Positions 1 through 11,404 of a stretch of DNA of 64,000 bases are shown piece after piece. The DNA is taken from positions 8,122,001-8,186,000 of the forward strand of contig JBHGNT010000001.1 in assembly GCA_043228905.1 (NCBI GenBank), given 5' to 3'. Position numbers and translations under genes: made by a program. Each line of letters opens with the position of its first letter. Position 1 is the first letter of the stretch. The notes under the pieces are model-generated. The model did no database searches. It saw only the letters and a list, made by a program, of their open reading frames with translations, and was not told the origin of the DNA. This DNA comes from Azolla caroliniana. Lineage: Eukaryota; Plantae; Polypodiophyta.

Positions 1-2340
1 TGCCGCAGCATAGCTATTTGATAAGAGCACCAAGGCTGCAGGATCATTGGGCTCTATCTTAATAACTTGTTCAGCTGCATATTTTGCTCTCTTTGCATCT
101 CCTCGAACTCTACATGCACCGAGAAATGCTCTCCACACCACAGCACTGGGTGAACTAGGCATAGTCTTCGCCATCATTGCCGCTTTCTTCAAGTTTCCTG
201 CTCTTCCAAAACTATCCACTACACAAGCAAAATGCTCTGGTGAAGGGGAAATGCCATATACTCTTCTCATCACATCGAAGTAATACAAGCATACATCTAA
301 TAGTCCCGTGTGGCTACATGCTGAGAGGATATGTATAAATGTGATATGATTCAAGGGTATACCTTCTTCTTGCATTCGGCTGGCAAGCCTTAATACTTCT
401 TCCCCATCACCATACAAAGCATACCCTGCTATCATTGCACTCCAACATACCACATTTTTACTCGATGTTTTCTCCAAGAATTTTCGTGCATCCACTAAAC
501 TGCCACTCTTTGAATACATATCAATCAATGCACTATTAACAAAGGCATCCAGCTCCAGCCCAATGTCAACTAAATAGAAGTGTATTTGCTTACCTTCTTC
601 AATAGCTCCAATCATGGCACATGCATTGAGTGCAGTCATGAAAGTAAATGCATTAGGTTTAACATTTGTTTGTTGCATTTTCCCGAACAAATCAAGTGCC
701 TCATGCCCTTTTCCTACTTGGACATAACCTCCAATAACCGCCGTCCAAGAGACCACATTTTGCTTTGGCATAACGTGAAACCAGGCTCGTGCATCATCTA
801 TATTTTGACATTTGCTGTACATATCAATAAGGGCACTACCCAAAAACATGTTCGCCTCATAACCATGCCTTATGATCTTCTCATGAATCCACAATCCGAA
901 ATCAAGACTACTCAAACTAGTGCAAGCCTTAATGATACTCACATAAGTCACATCATCTGGCTTTATACCTTCTTGTATCATCTGTTCAAATAGGGAACAG
1001 GCCTTTTGAGCAAGATTGGCTTGAACATATGCATAAATCATCGTCGTCCAAGCAATCACATTCGGCCGAGAAATCTTTTTGAAGAACTTATTGGCATCTA
1101 TGACACACCCACATCTAGCATACATACAAAGCAAACTATTGCTAATTGGCTCATACCAATCTAGACCTTCTTCTATAGCTTGTGCATGTACATATTTTCC
1201 ATATCTCAAAGCTCCCATGCTTGCACATGTACTTATCACATTCAATATAGTTACTTCATTCGGTTTCACCATCATCACTTGCATTTGCTTATAAAGCTCC
1301 AGAGCCTCTTCACCCTTCTCTACTTTGTAGTATCCAGAGATCATAGATGTCCAAGACACCACGTTCCGATTCGACAAACCATCGAAAACCTCATATGCAT
1401 CCTCTATATCTCCACATTTAATATACATATCAAGGAGAGCATTCCCTAGTATGACATTAGGCTTCATTCCATTACATGTTATGTGATGATGCACATGTTT
1501 TCCTTCTACTAAGCCACGTTGGATTGCACATGCTTTGAGCACACTCACATATGTGATTTGGTCCGGTTCCACATTTTCTCGTTGCATTTGAGCAAAAAGG
1601 CTCAAAGCTTCTTCTCCTCCACAATGCTCATGGGAATTACCAACATTGGTGTTAATGCTACCATTAACAATAGAGTTTGCACCAGCACTAACACTATCAT
1701 TATTATTAACATTGGGATTAACAATACCATTACCATTAACGTAACCTGAAATCATTGAATTCCACGAAACCACATCTGAAGGACCCATTTTCTCCCACAC
1801 TTCCCGAGCCTCAATAATGCTTCGACACTTGGAATACATGTCCACAAGACTACTTCCAACTTGGACATTTGATTCGAGACCAAGTTCAATGATCCAGGTG
1901 TGAATTCGATGCCCTTCATATAAATCTGAGAGGCAAGCACATGCATATAGACTATTCATGAAGCTAATTTCACTGGGGACCAAACCTTCACTTTCCATGG
2001 CATAAAGAAGGTTTAATGCAACTTTTCCATGGCCATGCTTAGCATGATTGCTTATCATAATAGTCCATGTGACCACATTCCTATGGATCATGTGATCAAA
2101 CACTTTACATGTGCTATGCAATGACCCACATTTGCCATACATGTCCATGAGTGTATTATATACAGATGGGTTGAGATCGGTTCTTTCCATGATGATATAG
2201 GCGTGGATCTTTGAGCCCAATTCAAGGTTTTTTGTAATACAACATGCTTTGATTGTGTTTACTAATGAACCTTCATCTGGGATAGACGAAGCATTCTGTA
2301 GCGTTTTGATGAAGCCGGGGATGGCTTTGCTTGGAATCAT
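1..2340 (-). CDS. PLS-class pentatricopeptide repeat protein with E domain (putative organellar RNA-editing factor); 3' end lies outside the window
   Basis: Hand translation shows a stop-free minus frame from 2406 to 1, absent from the ORF track because there is no stop in the window. About 20 P/L/S motifs (e.g. NVVSWTSMISGY, LIDMYSKCQNIDDA) followed by HFACVVDSFGRAG and E motifs VVWRAFLGACRVRG...AALVLLSNSYAAA. First in-frame ATG is 2340; an in-frame TAG lies at 2409-2407, so an upstream exon is possible. Confidence 0.93.
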   Translation of the reverse strand, partial: MIPSKAIPGFIKTLQNASSIPDEGSLVNTIKACCITKNLELGSKIHAYIIMERTDLNPSVYNTLMDMYGKCGSLHSTCKVFDHMIHRNVVTWTIMISNHAKHGHGKVALNLLYAMESEGLVPSEISFMNSLYACACLSDLYEGHRIHTWIIELGLESNVQVGSSLVDMYSKCRSIIEAREVWEKMGPSDVVSWNSMISGYVNGNGIVNPNVNNNDSVSAGANSIVNGSINTNVGNSHEHCGGEEALSLFAQMQRENVEPDQITYVSVLKACAIQRGLVEGKHVHHHITCNGMKPNVILGNALLDMYIKCGDIEDAYEVFDGLSNRNVVSWTSMISGYYKVEKGEEALELYKQMQVMMVKPNEVTILNVISTCASMGALRYGKYVHAQAIEEGLDWYEPISNSLLCMYARCGCVIDANKFFKKISRPNVIAWTTMIYAYVQANLAQKACSLFEQMIQEGIKPDDVTYVSIIKACTSLSSLDFGLWIHEKIIRHGYEANMFLGSALIDMYSKCQNIDDARAWFHVMPKQNVVSWTAVIGGYVQVGKGHEALDLFGKMQQTNVKPNAFTFMTALNACAMIGAIEEGKQIHFYLVDIGLELDAFVNSALIDMYSKSGSLVDARKFLEKTSSKNVVCWSAMIAGYALYGDGEEVLRLASRMQEEGIPLNHITFIHILSACSHTGLLDVCLYYFDVMRRVYGISPSPEHFACVVDSFGRAGNLKKAAMMAKTMPSSPSAVVWRAFLGACRVRGDAKRAKYAAEQVIKIEPNDPAALVLLSNSYAAA

Positions 2341-4498
2341 AATGACGGCCTTGCCAAGACATTCAAATTTGTTGAGGGTTTCCTCTAAGAAACGAATTAG
2401 TTTTGCCTACATTTCTAGAATGTGGTTCGTGGAAAATTTTCGTTATTTCTCGGAATGTCCTTCATTAACCTCTCTCTTGCTACATTCAAAGTCGTCTCCT
2501 TTTACTCGATTCTGTATGCCATTAAACCAATTGCACATTCATTTCATCCCTTTCCTCGATTGTATGTGATACTAGGACAATTATGTGCTCAATTCATCCC
2601 TTTTTCTGTCCCGATATAAGATACAAGCTCAATACAGGGAGAGACAATCAAGCCATAGTCTTTGGACACATTGCCCTGGGCCGGATATAGCAATGTGCAA
2701 ATTGCAATGAAGTTTATGAGCAAGTGATATATGATGTAGTAAGCCATGCACCCATGACATTCTGTTGATAACCTATAAAAGATGGCAAGTCTCAACCTCG
2801 ACCTAATGGTGCCTTAATGTGAATGTGGGCATCATCGGGTTTCTTCGGTGCTTTTCCCAATATTAAATATTAATATGATCGCAATAACTCTCACACTTAG
2901 ATTCATATTGTGTGATGGCTTCCAATCTGGATAAATAAAACTTTGGTTCATGTTGTGATGTGCACCTCTTCGTGCACGACAAATATTCTTCCATGCAAAT
3001 TATTTATGGATGTCTCAAACCTAACTAAAAGAAATTTGCTTTAGTGGTTTTTCTATGGTAAGTGTCCATTTTCCCAAGTGACCATTGTGGTGGCAATTTG
3101 AAGTTGACTTGATGCTCTGAACCCCCTAAATGATCGTGTAGAAATTGATTTTCTAATGTCTTAGTTCATTCCCTTAACTTGTTGAAACATTAGCTCCCAA
3201 AACCTTGGTACCACATAACAAACTTTGCATTGTGCATGAATTGGATATTATTACTCAAATAATCTTGTCTTTAGGTTTGCTAGAGTGACACTTGCTTTGA
3301 GATTTGTCATTTTAGATCATGTCAATCTTCCATTCTTCTTAGCAGACACTTATTCCAAATTTGTTAACCACACATGTCAACTCCAATCATTTTCATTGTA
3401 ACTACTAATTTTACATAGGGTAAAGTTAACTTAGATTACCTATAATAATAAATTTTGTATCCCTCATTGTATACAGATGTTCTAAAGCAATCTCTTCAGA
3501 GCAAACTTTGAGCACGCATGATCTCAAATGAAATCCATAGAGTTTTATAATTAAACAGAGAGAGGAGTCACAACTTGATGACATATGTTTTACACCACTA
3601 TGTTTCTGTCAATATGCATGTATAATACCAACAAACTTATAAGGAAACATTCCTATCAACAACTAAAGCTGATTCTTTCATATTGTGGTTTGGTACATAC
3701 TCTTTTTTTGTTGGCATTATTACAATTTATCATGAGGATGTTCTTTGATATGCACAAGGACGGAACAGGTGTTGATTAAATTTCAACATTTCTTATATTC
3801 ATAAGCATTTGTGTATTCTTTAATTGGTATCTCAGACCATTTGGGGTAGCATTAGCATTTCGAGTATAGGCTAGCACAAAAATATTCTTCGTTTGACATC
3901 AACGCCAATAGTTTGACAAAGTTCCCCATTGGTGTCTTAATCAATAGGGACAAGGAAAAGACTAGCAATATTAGCATTGTCCATATCATCATTCCCATCT
4001 TTTAACACAATTGGCTTAACCTCCATGTGGATGTGAAAACCTAACTGAATAAAAACAAAGCCTTAGATAATTGAGAAACTAAACACGTAAATCTTTAAGC
4101 ATAAATCATGGTTCCTAAAGATTGGCGTTGATCACTTGAATGATCCCCCCACCACTTCTCTAAACATTAAAGATTTTTGGATCTTCGAACAGATAAACAA
4201 TACTCAAATATATATATATACAAGGCCATAACAAAATTTGCATATAACTATATAAAAATGCATATATCCATGACGGTCTTTTATTTTGGAGTTTGCCTGA
4301 TCTGACTCCTTGCATACATAGCAAGCATTGAACCATTTCACAAAACCTACCTACAGTCATATTTATATCCATATCCATATCCCTATACCTATACCTATAC
4401 ATATACATACACATGGTTATATATAGGAATCATTTCTTATAGCACCATGTTCTTTGCACATTACTCTTTTTGCATATTAAGAGTTTCAAATTAGACAC

Positions 4499-6487
4499 TT
4501 ACACTATTGATGAGTCTGACCACCACTGTGAGAGAGGGATACATGTATCAAAGGTTGTAAGCTCTTTCTCCCGGAATGAAAACACCTGGTTAAGTGAATA
4601 GCTTTTTGGAGATAATAGCGAGGAATCGAATCGAGGACTTTTTATAGATGATACATCCGATACAATATCAAATTTGGCTCCGGATATGTAGTTATTGCTT
4701 TGCCTTATCCGTTGGGCACCAATCGTATGACTACTGCACAGAATTTAGAGCAAATGTCATTCAAAACATGGTTAGAACCTGACGTTAAAATCCATGAAAA
4801 ACAACATTGCTGCTTTCAAATTTGTTAAATGTGGCAGGGCTATTCTGGTACATTTCTAAAAACTAAAGGATTATTCAAGTATATTCCTGAGCATTAAAAA
4901 TCTCATGAGCAATAACCAAATCACATTTCTCTCTTTATGTAAAAGTGAAAAAACTTTGCATTTTAGTCTATTCTTCTCTTTCATGATGTCCTAATTTTAT
5001 GGCCCACAGGTATAGATTTTAAAACATTTAGTATTTCTCTTTCATGATGCTATTAAATCTTTCCATGGAACACATGGCTCTTACATCCTACACTCTTATT
5101 TGGTACCTTGTTATTAAAGCTTCACTTGCGTGCCTTAGCTTCCTAGTTAGCTTTTTTTGAGGTTTCTTGTGGCTGGAATCCCCGTGGATATTACTTTTCC
5201 CTTTACAGGTGCTACTTCCTTTCGATTTGTGACTCTTCCGATCATTCTTTGGATTATGGTGCTTTCGGAGACTTTGAGACACTGTATGTGAAGTGCTTGA
5301 ACATGGAGGGTCATGGACGTCTGGAGCCCAAGTAACATGCAGCTTGGAATGTTGGCCAGTCCCTGACTTCTCACAGTTACCATGCAACATAGATTTCAGC
5401 TACAAGTACAAGGAAAGACATATGCATTAATAATGTAAATATCACATATTTCATTGCCTGATGCTACAATCAGAAACGATAAATCTCAAGCGTTTTAGAA
5501 AGATTAATATGGTTTTGAAAGCTTTCATATGATTCATATAGTTAGTTTTTTGTGACTAAGTCTTTAAGGTCACAAAACTATGGTTTAATTGTGACTGCAG
5601 TATACGCAACGAATGGTGAACAAGAAAATCATACTGATACAGCACTCCAATTTTTTTCAAATATTGCAAAAGTATACATGAGTGACTAATTATATAAACA
5701 CTATTTAGGGCAATTATGAATACAGGATTGATAATCAAAAACTTGATACATACTACTTCAGATCTAAAGATCAGGGTTTTCCAAATGTATAAGTAATTAA
5801 TGATGCATATATCATTTAGAAAATTATGTAAAACTGACAATCAATATCCAGTTTCAACCTCATTTTTCAACTCAAAGTTTGGCATGAAACTTTGAACTGG
5901 GCTCAAATTGAAGGTTTGTATCGAGCTATATTGATGCCAAGGGGCTTGGCATAATGGTTTCGGTCATCATCTTTTATAGCCATAGATCAAGAGTACAACA
6001 ACCACTCCCGCTCTCGATTGTCACAAAACTGTGAAAGCATATGCACGTGTGTGGTGTGTGGTGTGTGGTGTGTGGTGTGTGTCTGTCTGTCTCTGTGTTG
6101 GTGCAAGTGTATATGTACAACATATACAGGGATAGTCTATGCGTATATTGAGGTATATATGTTTACATGTGTATATATGTATGTATTGTAAGGTATGGTA
6201 TGGTATGTGTGTTTGTACGTATAATGAGCAATTTTTCATTCAAGTAGTCACAGTGTGATCATGTTGCAGCTGATACCTGAAATGTTGTAAACTCCAAGCA
6301 AGCTATCATGCATGCCTGTGTCTGTGTGTCTGTGTCTGTATGTATGTATGAATGTATATATTTATGTATATGTGTGTATGTATGTATGTATGTACATATA
6401 TGTGCATGTATGTATGTATGTACGTGTGTAAGCTATTGTGTGTGCCTGTGTCTGTCTGTAAGTATGCATGCATGCGTGAGTGTGTAT

Positions 6488-6547
<60 letters not shown>

Positions 6548-8072
6548 ATGTACGTGTGCTGGTATGGTTATATATACCTTGATAGCCAGGAGTTTGCTTA
6601 GTAGTTTGAGCCCTTGCCATCAAAGGATATAAGCCATAATTTGGGGGAGTTCAATTTACCCTCCCATCACCCCTGGTTCCCGCAAAAATGGCAATCCACC
6701 AACCTATTGAGAAGGGGAAAAAATAAAAGAGATACCTTGATAGCACCATCCCCGTGATGTGTTAAATGCGACAGCTTTGACGACTCCATTCCATTTTCAT
6801 TCAAAAGCAATGCATCTGGCCCAGAAAGACTTTGTTTAGATAAATCATAGCCCATGTCGGACTCAATGATAATGAGATTCCCAATATTCTTGCTTTTTTC
6901 ATTGTTACCTTCAGAACACTCTTTCTTCAAATCAGTCTCATCTGCCGCTTCTGGTAACAGACAAATTTGTGCAACAAGCTTGCAAACTAGTTCCTCAATA
7001 GGAGGTGCCTGGAATAGTTCCTGCTCACTGGAATAGCCTTTACTGCCTATGGCAATACCACATTCGCTTGGTTTTTGAACTTCCTTCCATGTCTGTTGCT
7101 GCTCATATTACATATTGTATAAACAAAAACCCATTATATTCTTCTATGAATGAATTTAAGGGTCCATAATAGCAAGGAACTTTAGTATTATCATATAATA
7201 TATCCACTCACCGTCAAGTTTAAACCTTCATTCGTTGTATCTGACAATGGCTTACAGGAAACCTCTTTGGACGTTTCTTTTAGAATGCTTTGCTTGGTGC
7301 AAACAAGAGAGATACTTGTAGACTCCTTTCTTTGAAAGGTTCCTGGTGTCTTTGAAAACTATAGTACATGCAAGTTTAGAAAAGAAAAGGAATTCAACAG
7401 TTCATTGTCATAGTCCAGAAAGCCATTAAGGTTTCAAAAATATCAAGACGTTATTGAAACATCACATTTGTCTGATCTGCAGTATTATAATGAGATTGTA
7501 ACAAAATGTTCGAGAATATGAAATGACTTGCAAATTCTTCACGCAACTGTCGTTGGATCCAAATAGAGATCGTTTTAAGAGGTCAAGGTAGACCAAACAA
7601 ATATTCCTTAGTAGTGAACGTACATTGATCTTCAATGCTTCAACTTTAATGTGCCGGCAAGTGTTTCAGATTTAGAAGGATTTTTTTTAACTAGACTCTG
7701 ATTCGAAATGTGGAAAACACAGCCAATATTTATAAGAAATGTAGGCTTCGGCAAGTTCATGCAACCAACTCATAATCATATCCATCAGAACATAACATGA
7801 CCTGAGACCCACTTAATAACATTGCTTCATATGTGCATGAACTTACAAAAACATAATAGAATGGAAGAAAATATGATGGGGAGACACAATGAATGGGAGA
7901 GGACCGTCTCCAAGTACTTCAAAACCCTTTGCATCTTGTGATACATCTGTCTCCAATTTTTAAAATGAAATCTCCTTATATCTTGGTATACAATACACAT
8001 GTGCAAAAACATTTACCTTCGATCAGTAAGTGAAAAAACATTGTGAGGTTTATATCTCACCAGAGAGGACAT
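4499..8072 (-). CDS. Uncharacterised plant protein (~349 aa) with LKS..G..EK.G...KLHVTWAPDVHDPP motif and Lys/His/Ser-rich tail
   Basis: Phase-consistent GT-AG exons 8072-8061, 7358-7212, 7098-6736, 5399-5107, 4733-4499, all open. The WAPDV.DP motif resembles one I recall in plant proteins of unknown function. Start exon and last exon are less certain. A probable 5'UTR exon ends at 9094. Confidence 0.65.
6045..6560. repeat. Compound (TG)n/(TATG)n microsatellite field in an intron
   Basis: Visible tgtgtg and gtatgtat arrays; they generate the spurious CVCVCV/HTHTH ORFs. Confidence 0.9.
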
Positions 8073-8160
8073 CACGAGTATCAATGAAGCAAAATGAAGA
8101 CGAGGGCTAGGCAGAAAGATTGTTTGAAATCTTGGAAACTTTGTAAGTGCAAATTGATCT

Positions 8161-8217
8161 TCAATGATGTATAGTCCACTTCAGGCAAAGTAACCCGTAT
8201 CCTCTGATCCAAGACAT
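8161..8217 (-). promoter_or_regulatory. Candidate uORF (18 aa, MSWIRGYGLLCLKWTIHH) in the 5' leader of the 8072 gene
   Basis: ATG at 8217 and TGA at 8163-8161, just inside a CAG acceptor at ~8223 and upstream of the proposed main ATG at 8072. Confidence 0.4.
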
Positions 8218-8584
8218 TGCAACTGCAGTTACTTTCTCTCTTTTATTACTTGGAGTAACACAAATAAGATTGTTTTCTTGAGATGTGTATAAGTCACGGA
8301 GTGAAAATACTGTAGCATAGAAGGGAGGAAAATAAACTTTGGAGTAATAAAATAAAGAAAATCAGATTATATACATAAAATTTTACATTTTTTATCTGTA
8401 ATTTAAAAGAACAATAGAATGGTACAATAAAAACAGTAGCTTTTAATAGTTTACATAGAACTAAGACAAGAGAGTGCAAAAATAAATCAAACATATGCAT
8501 GTGCGGATATACGTAAATATATTTATATACATATACATATCTTGATCATATTCATATGTAAATATGGTCTTTTTATGAGACAAA

Positions 8585-9030
8585 CGGAAATCCTAGATAT
8601 TGTTTCTTTATTTCTCTGAGTTGAATAAACCCTTGCATGTGCCTTCTTTATTTCTCTGAGGTAACTAAAATCCTAGATGTGGTTTCTCGATGTCTCTGTT
8701 ACAAAAAAAAAAACTTTAGATATGGTTCCTCAATGTCTCTAAGACAAAACAAAACCCTTAGAAATATTCCTCGATTTCTGCAGAGATGCGCCCTAAATAT
8801 GGCCTCTTGATAGCTCAGAGAGAAACAGAAAACATGCAGAAAAGAAAAAACCCTAGATATTATATCTGACACTAAAAGTGGTCACATTATTTCATTGGTA
8901 CTATCAAAAACTCTGGATATGATCTCTCTCATTCTCCTTGACAACGACAAAAGGCCCTAGACTCGGTCTCCCATTATATATCTCTGAGAAAAACAAGGAC
9001 CCGAGATGTGGCCTCTCTTCCGGTCTCTAA
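8585..9030. repeat. Degenerate ~41-bp tandem array (~10 units) with telo-box-like core
   Basis: Recurring aaaaccctagatrtgg..tct..at.tctctgag-like units at about 8586, 8627, 8667, 8710, 8751, 8789, 8846, 8906, 8949, 8995. Confidence 0.65.
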
Positions 9031-9849
9031 TAGCAAGCAACACTCTGAGTACAGGGGTGTGGTGTGAAAAAGATAGAGAATGAGAGAGTTTACCCCGGGT
9101 ACATGTATAATTTCAGCACCTCGTTCCGTTGTTCCTCTTTCTGACCGGAGTGGTTCTGCAGACGCCACTGTAAGGTCCCAAGCTCTATCTGGCTATGGCG
9201 ATTTACGCATTTCACAGAGAAAAGAGAAAAGAGTACTGACAGAGCATGAACAGTATATGGATAATACATATGTACTCTATATATGTACATATATGTATGT
9301 ATGTATGAATGTATATAGGGGACGGATTGGATTTAGTTATGTATTTGTTTGATTTAGTATGTATTTTATCACTTGGGCCGTACATTAAGAAATAAGTGAG
9401 TGTACGTCGTCATGATTGGATAGAGGTCCAAGAGACATTGGTCGCCCCTGGGCATGACCAAATACCTCTCTATATGTATATGATTGTTGGACCTTGGTCT
9501 CTGAGAAATTTATCTCGATCGTTTTGGTCGTGTAACGTGTTCTTTGGAATGCCAATATCCCTCTTGATCCTTCGATTATGATTATGTCTCTCCCAAAAAA
9601 ATGATTGGCACATTTCATTTGCCATTTATTCCGATTTTAGAAGCACTTCCTCCTAATCGCTCTTGGTATGCCCACATGTTAGTCTTTCGCATTCGCCTCC
9701 TCTCATTTGTTTCTACCCGTTCGTTATCACTGTTGTTTCTTGCCAATGCACTTTATACACTCAATTAAAACAGTCAATTAATGGTCACTTACATACAAGT
9801 TGTCAATTTCTTCATTGAACTCGTTGAACTATTCAATGTAGGATTTGAG

Positions 9850-10850
9850 TAGATATAAATGGCTCGCGTCATTTATCTTAATAATTTTATAAGATTGAGA
9901 ATAATAAAATTTGTGATGCTTTCCACTTATGGATGTCTAGATCCGATGATCTACAATTCATTCTTCTTCTCCAACCCACTTTGAAACTATTTGAAATCTT
10001 TTCTTCAATTTGAGGTTCATCCATAATCTAAGAAATGTACTTGAAGTCAAATAACCAAATTTGTCTAAAACTTGAAGTCGACAATCATCAAGTCACTAAA
10101 AGTGCTTTTGTCTAAAAGAAAAATATAAACTCGAGGCACAATTTTTAGCATGAAACTAACAATGATGTTTTATATTACATGTTCAACTCAAGTGACAACA
10201 ACATTCCTTGCATGCATTTATTTGCCTCTTTCATTAAGTGCAACTCCTCTTTTTCAAGAATATCCACCATTGGTACAAAGGTTGACAATTTGAAAAATTA
10301 CACGCTACTACTAGGCATAATCATTGACCTTGCATCTAATCGTTACTATGAATTCCAATGTATTTACAAAGTGACTTTCCATATAGAGTTGATTGATAGC
10401 TCAGAATATCCTCAACACCATCACCTACTCTAGATATCAGCATTTAAATACATTCCACCCCTTCACAAATCATGCAAGTATATCATCATTTTGATGGGTT
10501 GACTTGTTTGAGTATAGATACCACTATATGTAGAATTTCCATATGAATTTTATCCTCTTTCCAATTAGATCATTTGAATATGGGTTGTAATGGACAAAGA
10601 AGCATTTTGTGCTCTCAATGTCTAGATTCATCTCGTGGTCTTGATTTTTGACCTACATGTGCACGTGGAATTTGTAACAAAAAATGTTTGGTTGCATGAA
10701 AAAAGGTTTGTTGTTGGAATATATCTTTCAAAATGTTCTACAACACATGGTCATATTTGGTTGTTTTTCTTCATATCACGCAAGTCGAGATACAAAAATG
10801 TGTTGCAATGAATAACTAACTAACCTCAACACTCTCATGCATCAGGTTTC
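9850..10850 (-). mobile_element. Highly degraded Ty1/copia pol remnant
   Basis: Minus strand near 10640-10575 reads NLDIESTKCFFVHYNPYS, similar to the copia post-integrase KLD.KS.KCIFVGY motif. Limits approximate. Confidence 0.4.
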
Positions 10851-11322
10851 CAACCCTATGCATTTACTCACTCAACCATTTTCGCCAATGTCCACACTTA
10901 ATGGGTTAGTTGATTATGAAGCCTATGAACGAGCTTGGGTTGTGTGGATGGGCAAGCGGCCCCACTTTTGAAAGGCAGGCATGCAAGCTCCCTTTCTTTA
11001 CATCCCCTCCTTCATCGATCTAGATGTGTGGCCTGGATGAGGGGCGCGACGGAGGGTTCGGGTGAGCCCTGCTCCACAGTAGTCCACAATCGCTAGAACC
11101 TCAAAGAAGATAACATCGCGTAATAGTTCACTTCTTCAGAGTAGTCAGGCCGAGGATTGATGGAGATACCCTCGGGCAAGGCAGGTACCAAGGAAGGGGG
11201 GGGGGGGGTGGGGCGAAGATTTGTCCGGACAGGTATGAAAGAGGAGCATTAGGTCATCATGTTGCCTGTGTTTAAAGCTGCAGAGTCTACCCTCCATAAG
11301 TTTCTTCTCGCTGTTTAGGAAT

Positions 11323-11330
11323 TAGGGTTT
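11323..11330 (-). promoter_or_regulatory. Telo-box (AAACCCTA) upstream of RPP1
   Basis: tagggttt about 75 bp upstream of the ATG; telo-boxes are typical of plant ribosomal protein genes. Confidence 0.6.
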
Positions 11331-11404
11331 TCTCTGCTTCCTATCTGTGCAGTGTAAAAAGAACAACAGTCTCACAGACGCATACGCGCGGAGAATCGCA
11401 GGCC

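Noticed and set aside
47-1946. Track ORFs over the first 2 kb
   Set aside because: Shadows of the minus-strand PPR frame, which the track omitted.
6306-6623. His/Thr or Cys/Val repeat proteins
   Set aside because: Translations of (TG)n/(TATG)n microsatellite in an intron.
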